Assembly (NCBI RefSeq): GCF_009914755.1
Contig: NC_060939.1
Length of the DNA: 64,000 bases
Strand: one strand, 5' to 3'
From: the human T2T-CHM13v2.0 reference genome, Homo sapiens
The notes below the pieces were generated by a model. The model was not told where the DNA came from. It was given only the letters and a program-made list of their open reading frames with translations, and searched no databases. Numbering within the stretch: position 1 is the stretch's first letter; the number at the start of each line of letters is the position of its first letter. Made by a program: the position numbers and the translations under genes. Shown piece after piece: positions 30,006 to 43,790 of the stretch.

Positions 30006-30149
30006 CCCCGATACACACGGCTTACCTGGTCACCAGCAGCAGGGGACCCTCTGTTGGTCTTGCTTTCCTAACCCCACCTCTTCTGGCCCTCCTTAGCCTC
30101 CTCCAGGCCTCCTCCTCCTCTGTCTATGCTTCATGTCTGGGTGTCCTCC

Positions 30150-31112
30150 TGAGCTCACTCAGGGTCCTCTTCTCTCGCTAGACACTTCCCAAGTGTGAGA
30201 TGCCACCCCTGTCCCATGGACTGACCCCTGCCCCGCATGTTCCCCAGTCCAGGGGACTCTCCCATCCATAACTGCTTGCCTGATCCCTCCCCCTCCACAT
30301 TCAACATTTCTCTCAGCTCCTTTCTCCAACCCTCCTGAAGTCCTCTCCTTGTATGATACGTGACTCTGCCACCGGCCTGTGTCCAGACAAGAACCTGGGG
30401 ACCATCCTTGCCTTATTTCTCTCCCTCACCTCCCATATCTAACGAGGCCTCCGACTGTCTATTCAGCTTCTGTAACATCTTTAAATGCACCTGCCTTCCT
30501 CTGCCTCTCTTTCGCTACCTCAGTACAGACCCTCATGGTTTCTTCCCCGAATGCTTGTCTGTCTCCTTGCTCATCTCTCTACCCCAGCTACTGTTCTATT
30601 TTCCACACCAGGCTGACAGCAGGCTTCGATGATGCTGCTCCTCTAGAAAAGGCCTTGAGGGGATTCCCATAACCTTCAAGACAGCCCAGACAACTCTTTA
30701 GCATGGCACACCAGGCCACTGAACTGACATCTGTCTTCTCTTCACCCTCTACAAACCCTAAGCTCCCAGCTCCAGGCCACAGGCAGGTCTCACCTGCACC
30801 AGGCCTGGGTCCCCTTGCACTTTTGCATTTTCTGTCCCTGTGCTGGGACACTGACCTCTTACTCTCTTCCCAGCCCAATTCCTGCTTAGCTTCCAGGGCT
30901 CCATTTGAATGACTTCTGACTTCTAGGCAATTTCTTTTTGCAATCACCTGCCCTGTCACTTATCACCTTGTGGAGCAATCAGTCATCCACTAGCTGGATG
31001 AGGAATTTTATCACCCACTGGTCTGTGAACTCCTTGAGGGCAGGGACCAAGGCTTATTTATCTGGGCAACTGTAGCTAGGGACTGAAACAGAGAATGTTC
31101 ATTGCTTGAATG
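30150..31112 (+). mobile_element. L2 LINE fragments
   Basis: Pyrimidine-rich L2 body ending ctgtgaactccttgagggcagggacc...ttgaatgcat. Confidence 0.65.
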
Positions 31113-31335
31113 CATGGCTCTCACTCATGACATTTTATTGAAATGCATTCACACTCATGTCAGGAACAATAATGATAATGAGAGCTGGCATGTCCTCCAA
31201 CCAGGGGCCTGAGACACTCTCACCTGGGAATGGTTGCCACATCACTCACCAGGTTGCTCTGTCACTTCTTTTCTTTTTATTAAGAAAATTATTTTCAAAG
31301 TAATACAGGGTACAATTATTTAAAAAGTCAAATCA

Positions 31336-31530
31336 GACTGAGCATGGTGGCTCATGCCTGTAATCTCAGCACTTTGGAGGCCAATGTGGGAGGTTCACTT
31401 GAGGCTAGGAGTTCGAGGCTGCAGTGAGCTATGATCATGCCACTGCACTCTGCACTCCAGCCTGGGTGACAGAGCAAGACTTTGTCTCAAAAAAAAAAAA
31501 AAAAAAAAAAAGAAAGAAAGAAAAAAAAGA
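31336..31530 (+). mobile_element. FRAM/FAM-type Alu monomer
   Basis: ~155-bp monomer plus A tail; TSD aaaagtca. Confidence 0.8.
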
Positions 31531-33738
31531 AAAGTCATTCCACAAGGGAGGCTTATAACATGATGTAGCATCCCCAGCACACCTCTGATGCTAGCTACTT
31601 ACAGACAAAATAGTTTAAACTATTTTAGCTGTTTCAATGAATAATTACCTCTCTATATTTAAATTACATGCTTACACTGTTAATTCTTGATTTTATTTGC
31701 TTTTAACTGTCTACTACAGAAGGTGAAAACTTAGCTTTCTTTCCCATTCATTTCTCCTTCCACCTTCCAATTTGCTTCTCTTTCAACATTTGGTTAAATC
31801 AAACTTCAGCGATGACATTACTATGATTTAGCTATCATTCATAGCCAAGTCATGTAGTGTCCTATAACTTCCATGCCTGCATTTCCTTTCTTATTCATCT
31901 TGTTTTCCCAGGAGTTAAACACTATTTTTTAATCTCCTGGTTAGTTTTTTATCTGTCTAGTGCAAATTCATTCCTAAAGTTCGTAGCAGAATAGAAAGTT
32001 CTTCTCAATAGGTTCAAACACATCAACTAATCAACTGCTTCCACTTTTTTTTTTTCTTGGAGATATCTCTGGCAGCCCTCTGTCCCCCAACTCAAGTCTG
32101 GGCATGTTTCTCTTGATGCCTGACACACGTAGTCATCCTGGGTCCTCCCTTCACTCTTTACCCCTTCTCTCCTGTGTCCATCTCCTGTTTCTTGGATCTC
32201 ACAACTCCTTTTTCTTAATTTGGTCCTCGGTTCAGTGGAGCACTTGGTCTAGCACAGACTTCGGCAAACCGCCTTAAAGAGCCACAGAGTAAAGGAGAAA
32301 AAGGCAAAATAGAGGATATTGTATAGGTACTTAAATAACCATGTAAAGTGTAAATAACCATGTAAGGTGTACTTAAAAATGGAAACACAAAAACAGGTGG
32401 CAGGCCAGATTTGGCCTGGGGGCCTCAGTTGGCTGCCGCCTGAGTAAGCAGCTATCTCAGGAAGAGGACATGATAAAGTCATTTTTTGGTATCTAACATA
32501 TCATACAATGACTTTATTCCAACCACACCCTTGATGGATGGTTTGCCTTGGTCTAGAGCTCTATGTTGGAAATCATTTGCCTTGAGAATTCAAAGGCAGG
32601 GCATCATTGTTGTCTAAAGTTCAGTGTTGCTATTTAGAAAACTAGTATACATTGGTAAGGGCCTGTTTTTTTTCTCTCTGGAAGCTTTTAAGATTTTTGC
32701 TTCGTGACTTAACTCCAGGAATGGCCACAAGACTTGGCTTTTTCACTGCCTTAGTCCCTCTAACACTCAGGAGGGCTTGTGGGGGTGGGTGGGGGCCCAA
32801 GGCAGTGGAAACGGAGAGCAGCATCTGGGCCTGAGATGGGCTAGGGAAGGGAAGACATCTCAGGTGAGGCAGAGAGCTGGGACCAGGGAGATGGGGAGGA
32901 CAGGGTGAAGTCAGGAGGAGATATTAAGCTTCTGGAGTGTGGACAAGATGGGTAGGGCCCATGGGGGGCCCAGCTTTTCTGGAAGTTTTAGATTCTTTGA
33001 GCTTAAAAGAGGCTACCCTCCAGGTGGAGGGGCTCAAGAAAGCTGGGGCAGCCATGACGGGACTCAGTGACTCATGAGAGAATGGACTTGTCCTACAGCA
33101 CTCCTGTCATGTGCCCCATGACTCCCTGAACCACTGACCAGCTGCTCTTGGCCCTCACCTGGCCTTGATTCCACCTGTGTGCTGTCTTAGCACCAACCTC
33201 CACCCTCTTCACATGCTGCTCAGACCTCAGCCACTCTCATTGAGTGATGACAATTTGGCAGAGCTACTTTTTACATAGTTTGTTTTTTAACAACAACACA
33301 ACAGAAAACAAAACAAAACACTAAGAATGGGTGGAAACAGGCCTCCTCATCCATTCCCTGAGTCTCGGCACATCACTGACCTCCCTCCCAGGATGAGGAG
33401 AAATCCTGGGTAGAGGTGGTTGGTAGCAGCCCTTGTGCTTACCACGCTTGCTGGTCTTAGGATGAGCTATCCATCATTTTGGGCACAATGCTCCCTTTGT
33501 CCAACAATTTGCTCCTGTCTCAATCATTCTCCCTCTCTTATTCCCTGATCTCTCCTTTTAAAATCACAGTGGTCATAGTCACTCACTTGCAAATAATAAG
33601 AAAAGATGGCTCCTTCATAAAGGCACTAAATAAGGGAACTTTCCTGCTTTCAACTTGAAAACTAAGAAAGAGTGAATTTTTTTTTTTTTTTTTAATGAGG
33701 GGACTTTTCTGGAAGCGTGAAAAAGCATAGTCAACATA

Positions 33739-34541
33739 GAGTCATGAGTGACTTGATGGGGCTACGTTCTCAGAAATGCATTAGGGGATTTTGCCATTGG
33801 GTGAACATCATACGGTGTACTTATACAAACCTAGATGGTCAAGCCCACTACCACCTAGGCTATATGGTACAGCATTTTGCTCCTAGGCTACAAACTTGTA
33901 CCGTATGTTACTGTACTGAATACTGTAGGCACCTGTAACACAATGGTATTTGTATATCTAAACATGTATAAGGTACAGTAAAAATGCAGTATAAAAGATA
34001 AAAAATGGTCTACTTCTCTAAGGCACTTAGCATGAATAGAGCTTGCAGGACTGGAAGTTGTTCCAGGTGAGTCAGTGAATGAGTGGAGAGTGAATGTGGA
34101 GGCCCAGGACATAACTGTACACTACTATAGACTTTATCAACACTGTACACCTAGGCTACATTAATCTTATAAAAAACATTTTTCTTTCTTCAGTGATAAA
34201 TTACCCTTAGCTTACTGAAACTTTTTTACTTTATAAACTTTAAATTTTTAAAAACTTTTTGACTTTTGTTGTAACACTTAGCTTAAAACACAAGCACATT
34301 GTATAGCTGTACAAAAATTATTTTTTCCTTTATATCTTTATTCTATAAGCTTTTTTCTATTAATTTTTTTCTTTTACTTTTTAAACTTTTTTGTTAAAAA
34401 CTAAGAAAAACACATACATTAGTCTCTGCCGACAAAGGGTCAAGAGCGTCAAAACATCATCAGGTGCAAGGAATTTTTAGCTCCATTGTAAGCCTAGGGA
34501 CTACTATCATGTCCAAAATATCATTATGCAGCACCTGACTG
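33739..34541. mobile_element. Tigger3b/MER7-family DNA transposon, second copy
   Basis: ta|gagtcatg...cctgactg|ta termini with TA TSD; collinear with 1764-2575. Confidence 0.88.
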
Positions 34542-35815
34542 TATAATTTTATACCTGAAAAGGAGTAAGGATAAATCATTTTTCATAATATAAACCAAGA
34601 AAGTAAATAAAGATAGACAAAATCCTGGCTGATGGGGAATACCAACTATTAAGGGTGATTGGGGCTAATTTAAAACTGGGTTAAAAATTCTGTTAAATGT
34701 GAATCTAAATGGTGGGCACTTCCTTTTCTAGAAGCCTCCTGACTGGGCTACCTCTGCTTGGGAGGCTAGAGGGGAGTAAGGGATTCTGGGGCCACCGTAT
34801 GATCTCTTATTTTTAGCTTCAAGATGCACAAGGAATCTTCAATTAAATTTCAGTCTAATTCCTTCAGAAATAAATTCACATTATATTTAATATCACACCA
34901 CTCCTCAATAATAAATTTTTTTGGAACGATGGACTGACGGTGGTGGTGGCAGACCAATACCTCCTAAAAGCTAACAATCCCGTTACAACAGGCTTTTAAA
35001 TGTCGTTGTATCCCCCTCTAATTTAAAAAGTAATAAAAACACAAAATTAGTATAGGTAAATGAAAATGTGGGAAGTGAATGTCACTCATATCTGGAATAG
35101 AGGTCAAGGACAGAGGAAGGGTTGCAGAGGGCATGTGGGTCAGAGCTGCCAAGTGGACCCCCTGCCAGCCAGCGAGCAGCAGCGACGCTGAGTTTCAAGA
35201 AAGCCAAGATGGCTGAGTCCACAGGCTCACCCACGGGTGCGTTTAGACTGGGATGCTGCAGTGCCCTTGGCCAGTCTGTAGGCCTCATATTTACAAGCTC
35301 TGACCCTGTTCATGGCATGGAGGCCCACAAAGGCTAGGCCAGGTGGGCTCAGAGCAGGAGGTGGTGATGGGGGTGGAGGCACCAGAGAAAGCAAGGGCTG
35401 AGGCTAGGGCAGGGGGTGAACAGGGCAGAAGGCTGGATCACCCCAGGCAGGGGGCTGGGCGGAGCCAGTGAGGGGGGCCACAGAGGACTGGAACACAGGG
35501 AATTGATGGAAGAGCAAATTTCAAGGGAGAGGACGGAGGGGCCTGGGACAAGCCTGCAGGAGGATGAGCTGGGGAACAGGCACTGCAGCTCACTTGGCTA
35601 TTGTTTATAAAAGCAAATTACCAGCTGAAAGCTGCATGTACTCACTGAAGACAAATCTGGAAGACTACAAAGAAGACAATTAAAATTACCTATGCACTCA
35701 TCACAGAGTGGTTTATTTTGCTCGAGCATTAACAAAAAATCTCAAGTGTTTACGTGTGTGACTGTGAGGGGAGATTTCTCCCCCTCTCCATATACAAAGG
35801 GGTAGATGTATAGGG

Positions 35816-35835
35816 GTGTGTGTGTGTGTGTGTGT
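35816..35835 (+). repeat. (GT)n microsatellite
   Basis: About 10 units, read directly. Confidence 0.85.
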
Positions 35836-38189
35836 ATGCACATTTATGTATATACGTACATACAGAAAAACAGGGATCACAGATTATTGAGCCTTCTTTG
35901 ACAATGTTATAATGTGAACATTTCCCTATATCATCAAATGTTCTTCAAATTAACTTTCCTTAACATCTGAATAATATCCCACTGTGTGGAAATGTCATTA
36001 TGTATTTAATCATTCCATAAATATTTGACTGAATATTCAAGTTGTTTATTTAGGTTTGTTTCTGCCCCCGCCCTGGCCAGTTTTAAATAGCAAAAATCTG
36101 CCATTTACTTTGTGATTGGGATAATTTAATCTCTCTGCATCTGTTTCTTCATCTGTAAACTAGGAATGATAATACCTGCTTTATCCATGTCATGGTTTTG
36201 CTATGAGAACATGTGTGGAGGAGTTTTCACTGTTCTATGATTTCACAGTCTTTTAACTTCGAGTGACTCGGTGGCTGTCAAGGCCACCAGCAGAGTTGGG
36301 AAAAAGTGAGGGAAAGGTGATGGCCTGGAGTGGGTGTGTTGGGGTGTCTCCTAAACAGTGAGGAGGAGGGGTCCGGGGCCTTTAGAAGACAGGATTCTTG
36401 CTCAGGAAAGAAGACTGGGCTAGAGTACAACTTTGGGAGCCTTTAGCTTCCCAAAAGCTTACAGCTATTGTTATAAGAATGGATGGTCTTTTCTAATAAA
36501 GTATTTTGTCAGAAAAAAGCAAGGCAAGAGCTCCATCTTAAGGGACATAGTTAGGAAAAAGGTATTAATGAGGGATGCAGGAGGAGCAACTGAGAAGGTA
36601 CAGAGAAACCAGGATTATACACAGAGAAGTTAGAAACAAAGAAAAATAGAGTCACAAAAATTCAGGTTTGATACCTACCAGATACTGCTGTGGGCTCTCT
36701 AAAAGTTGACCCTGTATAAATTTAGCTCTGCCTGCGTTGTTTGACTCAGCGAATTATGAAGTTAAATCCTAAAGGTAGAGAGACCAAACATGGATGAACA
36801 AACATGCCAGTTTCTTTACAATAAAAAAAAAAATCAATCTAAAGAAAGATAAAATGTAATTGGAGAACTAGTGGCCAATAAACTTTTCTTGAAGCTGGTA
36901 GCTATTTAAGCTCAAAGTAAATTAACCTTTGCAATTGTCACTGGGCATCTGTAAAACCTACCAAATGCCTCTCAAGTATTAAAAAAAAATGCATTAATCT
37001 TCTGAGGGCTTTGTGGAGGGCTCTTCTGACTAAGAAAGAGAAGTGGGCCTGACCCAAGGGAAGGAGGCCCCTGGGCAACGTGCTAGCGTGGGCCTGTGCT
37101 GGTCTGACCTGTGGCAAATGGGCCCAGGATGGAGAAACCTAAGAAAGGAAATGCAGGTGATGGGAGGGAGTGGCAAGAACACAGTAGAAGGTGTCAGAAG
37201 GAAAAACAGCAAAAGTCCTTTTGATATCTCAATACCTGGAATAGCTCCGATTCTTTTTTTTTTTTTTTTAATTACATGTTTTGGGGTAAACACAAAGAAG
37301 CCATGGGATCTGGCCTCCAGTTCTGGTTCTAACACTGCCTGACAGTGGAACAAAATGTTTTTAGCATCCCAGGTCAACATTTCAGAAACAGGACTCTCAT
37401 TCTTTTTAAACCCTCCTCTCTCCCTAAATAAAGCTCTCACATCTTTTTCAAATTGCTTTTGGACCACCTTCTTGGAATAGTGCAGTCTTCTCTTAGGGCT
37501 CAATCTAATTTTCTTCCTTGTACTGTTTTCACATATTCTACCATGAGCTTGCACTTTTTTGGTCAGAAAATAATGTTACTGACAAGCAATAACTAAGCGA
37601 CAATGCTTGAAACACAGACCTGAGTCATCCAGCTCTGAATGTCAAGTTCTTTTCACTATGTTGCACTCTCACCTTTTGAATTTTCTCTCCTCAAGTCCTG
37701 CTGGTCACCATGTCCTGGGGATTGTATATCTGAAATGATTCTAAATGCTGGGGTGAAAAAAAGGGCTTAGGACCCAGCTTAAGCACACTTTGAAAAAGGG
37801 TGTATTTGACTTTGGTATCTCTCTTAACTCTGCTTTTCAAACCTTCTTCTCTCCTCTCTCACCAGGCCCATGTGATCCAGAAGAAGCCCACGGCTGGAGC
37901 GTCCTTCTAGGGCCTTCTGCCTAGCAGTGGCTTTGTGCTAACTCTCCCATCTTCCCTCACAGATCGCCCTTTACCATCCCCTGATCTGGATCTGGAGTCA
38001 GCCAGTCCTTCCCCATTTTGTTTATAGGCTAATGCAGGGAATGTCTGCAGCTTAAAGCAGGCCTTTGTGGAGGCAGAATGCCCTCACCTAACAGAGGGAG
38101 CCTAAGGGTTAGGGTTCTGGGAACCGTGGGAGCTGTGTGGGGGATGCAAGACAGCCTGGTGGCATCCGTGAATCTAATTACGTAGTCTA

Positions 38190-38410
38190 CCTGGTGCAAG
38201 AGAAGAGTCTCTGGAGTTAGACTGGCTTCATTTCTACTGACAAGCTGTGCAACCCTGAGCAGGTTACTTAACCTCTCTGTGTTTGGTTTTCTGTTCTATA
38301 AATTGGGGCTATTTATAGTACATAGCCCAGAAGGCTGGTATAAGGATCAACTACCATATAAACAATTAACCCAGTCCCGAATACATTGTAAGTGCTTAAT
38401 TAATATAGGA
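38190..38410. mobile_element. MIR
   Basis: gctgtgcaaccctgagcaggttacttaacctctctgtg. Confidence 0.7.
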
Positions 38411-38469
38411 TAAATAAAAAGTAAAACATCATTATACTTTTATGTTCAGTAACAGCCCTCTGGGGCTGA

Positions 38470-38799
<330 letters not shown>

Positions 38800-39549
38800 T
38801 CACAATTTCTTAAACCCTGGTTTCTCTTATCCTGTAACCCCCAATCCCAGCCTTCCCACCCTCACTTTCTCAGTCTTATCCAAAGGAAACCAAGGAGCCA
38901 TGACTCAATTGTGGCAGGAAAGAGCTGCCACAGAGGCCTGCTGGGCAGATGGCTCCCCTCACCTACCTCCCGTATTTGACTTCGTATTTGCCCACCTTCC
39001 CAGCATAACCCACAGGCTCCAAATCAGGAGTGTGGGATGTGTGTGCTCACTAGCAACAGCTCCTTCCAGAATCTCCTCCCTCATGTGAAACTGGATGCTT
39101 CTACTACAAAAATATAAACCAGGAGTCTCCATGAAGCTACGTATGGCTAACATGCTTCCTTTCATGGCCAGAATATTTTCCCAGAAAGCACATTTTACTT
39201 CTGAAACACAACCTAGAAGCCAGTGGCTGCCCCTGTGGTTTTTCAATAGTTTAAAGCAATATTGGACACCACCAAGTGTCTCCTTTTTTTCCCAGAGAAC
39301 TGAGTTACAAAATACTGGTTTCTATTAGGGTGTGTCTAGCACTTTCTGTGCTGCCAAGCCTTCCATTTTTACAGTATGCACACTGGTAGATTTTCCATGA
39401 ACAGGCTCAAATTTATTCCCAGGCAATGATGCTTAGGAAACCCAATATGAACGTGAAGATTGTTCTAAAGCAGACTCAGAATTTGTCCCATGCCATTGCC
39501 TAAAAAGAACATTTCTGATATGTAATAAAATAAAATTTTTCTAGCATAC

Positions 39550-39552
<3 letters not shown>

Positions 39553-39610
<58 letters not shown>
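39553..39610. repeat. Pure (TA)29 microsatellite
   Basis: Read directly. Confidence 0.97.
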
Positions 39611-39613
<3 letters not shown>

Positions 39614-40444
39614 GAAGGGGGAGGATATTTGCTCTCCTGATATGATTTTTTGGATTGGATTTTTAGAGGAAACTTGTCTTTTAAATTCTTCTTCTCTATC
39701 CTTTTATTTCTATATTTGTATAGAATACAGCCCAAACATCCACCTACATAGGCATTTTACATAAAGAGTTGGAAGCCAAGTGACTGAAAAACAAAACAAA
39801 GTTATTTATGTAGTGTCTTTATAGAGATTTACATGTGAATTCGAATGGGAGCCAAGGGTAATGCTGAAGGGAAATGAACCAGTTAGGGAACTATGCTAAT
39901 AGAAAGTGTGACTAAAATTTAGCTTTGTTGACAAATAAAAAGGCAAGTGCTGTATTTTTTATGAGAAAAATAACATAGGAAATAGAGCTTTCCATGTATA
40001 TATTCATATACACTCAGTCTTCACCTTAAGAAGCCTTCCCACTAGAATTCCAAATCACATTGCCCTATGCTCCAAATCCTGCACCAATTACTGCTGGTGC
40101 TGCCCAGTTTTACAGATCCAGTTTGAGGTGGGTTTTCTCTCCCCAGTATGGCTACAAACCTCTGGAAGGCAGGAGCACATCTAAATGCATTTCTGTATAC
40201 TATCACAGCACCTGGCACCACTCTGAACACAAAACAGCTGATCAGCCAGCATCTACTGGACTGTGTGGATTGAACAGTTGGATTCAGAGCTATGAGGTCT
40301 AGAATGGCCACTTTAATCTGGCAACCGAAACTGCCCCAAAGAGGTCTAGACAAAGTTTGCAGTTCAACAACTATCCCCTGAATTCTGCTGGTAGACAGGC
40401 CTGCCATCCCTAGTAAACAGTCCTAAAGATCTGTGGAGGCCACC

Positions 40445-40885
40445 TGTGGTGACCACTGCCATGTGCTGCACGGACTCCCCTTCAGGAACAAAGGACTTCC
40501 TCCACAAGTGGCTGGTAGTGCTACCTGCAGAAGCCCTCAGCTGGAGGGAACAGCCTCACTCAAGGTTATTCCTAGTTCCTTGAAATGACTTGCCTTTAAT
40601 GACTGCTTATTTTGGGGGTGTAAAGGTATAAAGACCTGGCCTCTCACCCCAACTCAGAATAGTTCTGATGAGCCATTCTAGCTCCAGAGTTCCCATGGGC
40701 TCAACTGAGGCTGTTGGGTCTACATGGTAGCTCAGCTTCTCTGCCCAGTCCTGCTCCCTTCCCTTCCCCCTTTTTTCCCTTGCCTTCTACAGTTATTAAT
40801 TCCAAGAGAAGTCCCAAATAAACCTTGTACATGCTGCTGACCTCCATCTCACAGTCTGCTTCCTAGCAAACCAACCCACAACACC
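40445..40885 (+). mobile_element. ERVL LTR (LTR16-like)
   Basis: agccctcagctg...ggtataaag...ctagctccagagttccc...aataaacc...ctccatctcacagtctgcttcc. Confidence 0.65.
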
Positions 40886-43344
40886 ATCCATTCATCCATC
40901 CATCCATCCGCCCACCCACCCACCTACCTATTCAGCCAGCAACCTGCCACTATGCTTAGGGGACATGGGTGGCATGGGCTGATACAGATGAAAAAGACCC
41001 AGTCCTTGTCCTTAGGAAGCTAACTAACAGTCCAGCACAGGAATAACCATAAAGTATGCAATAGGAAGGGCTGGTGTCAAGGGATATGTGGTTGTGGATA
41101 TGATGCCAGGTAAGGGAGGTGAGGAGTCTTCATGCACTGGCTTAGGCTGTGGTCATCAGTAGACATACCCTGTCTCCTCATCCAATGTCAAGTCCTGGAG
41201 GACAGGGTGAACTGTGTCCTTATCTCTCTTTGCATTTCCCATAATTCCTAACACAGAGTCCCAGACAGTACAGAAATCTTAAAACACTAAAACAAAACAA
41301 AACACTGAGGGAAAGCCTTGGCATCCTGTCTACTTTATAGGACAGGTTTCTGGCTGCTGGTCTGGCCTTTTAGGGCAAAGTTCTTAGGAGGTTCCTCAAG
41401 ATGCTCATTCACTTACTATGTCCATAAAATCCCAGGAACATGAAGAAGCACAAGACAAGGTCCTGACTCCGAAAGCAGCTACAGCTTACTCTGTGGATGA
41501 GGCAGAGATCCGTGCAAATTTCAACAAACAGGAACAAGAAATGGGAATATGACTAATAACCAAATGGCACATCATTCCCAGGCTGTCCTTGCCCTTAGCA
41601 GGCCAGCCCATTTATCTTCAATCTGTCAGTAGACAAAGATTACTAAACAGCCTCTGCAAGGAACCTAGCAATGAGAATCAACAAACCCTCAAACCTCACA
41701 GTGCCTCAAAACTAATGCACCTGAGAAACTTAATGTCAAAGGGGAAAAGAATCTTTACCCCAAACACCACTGCTAAGTGCCTGAAGGAAGAGGCAGCGTC
41801 TGTGGGGTGGGGGAGCCTGTCTCCTGCATTTCCTTGCCTCCAGAGAACGTTACCCAACACAACATGTCACTGTCTCCTTCAACTCTCCCTCTCCTTTCAC
41901 TGCTTTTGTACAATCTGTCACCAACTTCTGTTGTTGATTTCTCTGAAATGCCATTTGCACCCTCCCTCTTCCATCTTGCCTTAGTGCCACTACCTTCTCT
42001 GATGTTGTGGCCATACCCTGGGAGTTGAGGTGCCAAGTCCAGGCAAATCTTGCATCTCTCCATCTCTGCCAGATGTACATTCTGAAAACTCAGCTTTCAT
42101 TTGGTCACATCTCTGCTCAAGAATCATGGGGGCTCCAGAAGCCCTGCCAAGACCAACTTACTCCCTGTACTCGCTTAGCTTTATCTCCCAGAACTCCCCA
42201 GTATGCGCCCTCTACTCTAGCTGCCTTCCTGTTTATTTGTGTCTTTTCTCAAGCTGTATGACTTCTGGAATGTCTTTCCCTTTCACCTGCCACCTCCTCA
42301 ACAGGATCCTATTGAATCCTATCCATTCCTTCAGTTGGTTCATGTGGACCAAGCTAAGCATGTAGGGGAGGAGAGGGAGAGGAAGGGCAGAGTTAGGGGC
42401 CTGGTGTTTTCCCAGTCCTGTTTTTCTCTTGTGGTTCCCCTACCACATTCTGACTCCATCACATGGAAATGCTTTTCTGCAGCACCGACCCAGGCACAAG
42501 GGCACCATCAGCTTGATTGCCCTGGACCATCTATTTGTGGGAGGAAGGAGCTTATCTGCCCTCAGCTGGGTAGGCTGTCTTGATCTTCCAAGCCAGAAAG
42601 GGGAAAAAAACTGACGTCGCTGTTTACTCTCCTGTTGCTTCTTAGGAAAGACTTAACCACTCCCAAGTGAATACACCAAGCTCTAGGATTTCTGAGAGAT
42701 GGATGGTGGGTTTGCCAAAGGAAAGAGTGCCAAGTTGGGTCTCTGGAAAGAATCCAGTGTTCCATAAACCTTGCCTCTTCCCTAATCATAGAAAGATCCA
42801 TAAAATGACAGAAAGGCAGAGGAGAATGCAGGCAGCACAATGACATAGAAGCATCATTCTGTGCTTCCTGAAAAACAGAAAATGCAGATGGAGACAAATT
42901 TCATCCTCCGCCCCACCCTCCACTGCAGCGTGTTGCTCTATGAGAGATCTGCTCTGCACGCACAAAGTGGGGGGAACTTTGGAAGAGTCTCTTGAAAGTA
43001 GTACAGTAAAAAGTGAGTTGTCTTTGTCCTCTGCCAATAGGTGACTAGAAAGGTGACCATGATGGTTCCTGCCACCTTGAAGGGAAAAGGTTTACCAATG
43101 GAATGTGGGAGGTGGAGGGCAGGGGATTGCCTCCTCTTCTTCCACTTGAAGCACCATGAAAGAAGAAACGCTTTCATCTCCACATTAGCAGGTGGACTGA
43201 GTAAGGGGTTCTGTTTTTTTTATAACTTTCCCTAGAGGCATAGGAGAAGCTGGTGAAAGCAGCAGGTTGGAATATCCCCATCTTCATGCCTTGTGCTGGA
43301 AGATGGATGAAGATGAGAAGAGGTAAACTAAAAAGACCTCCTCA

Positions 43345-43346
<2 letters not shown>

Positions 43347-43386
<40 letters not shown>
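43347..43386 (+). repeat. (CA)20 microsatellite
   Basis: Read directly. Confidence 0.97.
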
Positions 43387-43391
<5 letters not shown>

Positions 43392-43589
43392 ACACACCAG
43401 AGATAATGAACAAGAGACTGAAAAGGAGAAAATTCAAAACAAATCTCTTTAGGCAGTTATATTAATGTGATAATAACAGCAGCAACATTAATTGTTTTAA
43501 ACATGCATTTATATTTTAAAACACTAGAGTTCATTATTTAGCAGTATTCTTACAACAAATAATCCAATCAGGTAATAATCAAAATAACA

Positions 43590-43790
43590 GCTACCATTTA
43601 CTAAATGATTACCAGGAACACCTCTCGTGTTATTATACTGAATCTTCATAAACCCCTGTGGTACTATTGTTATCCTCATTTTACAGAGTGGGAAACTGAG
43701 GTTGGAGATGTTAAATAACTTGCCCATGAGGTGCAGACTGAAACTCAGGTCTGTTCAATTCCAGAGTCCAGCCTTTTACACTTACAATGT
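43590..43790. mobile_element. MIR
   Basis: ctcattttacagagtgggaaactgagg...gttaaataacttgccca. Confidence 0.75.

Noticed and set aside
37030-37554. 174-aa minus-strand ORF
   Set aside because: GTG start; crosses a poly(A) run; no homology recognised.
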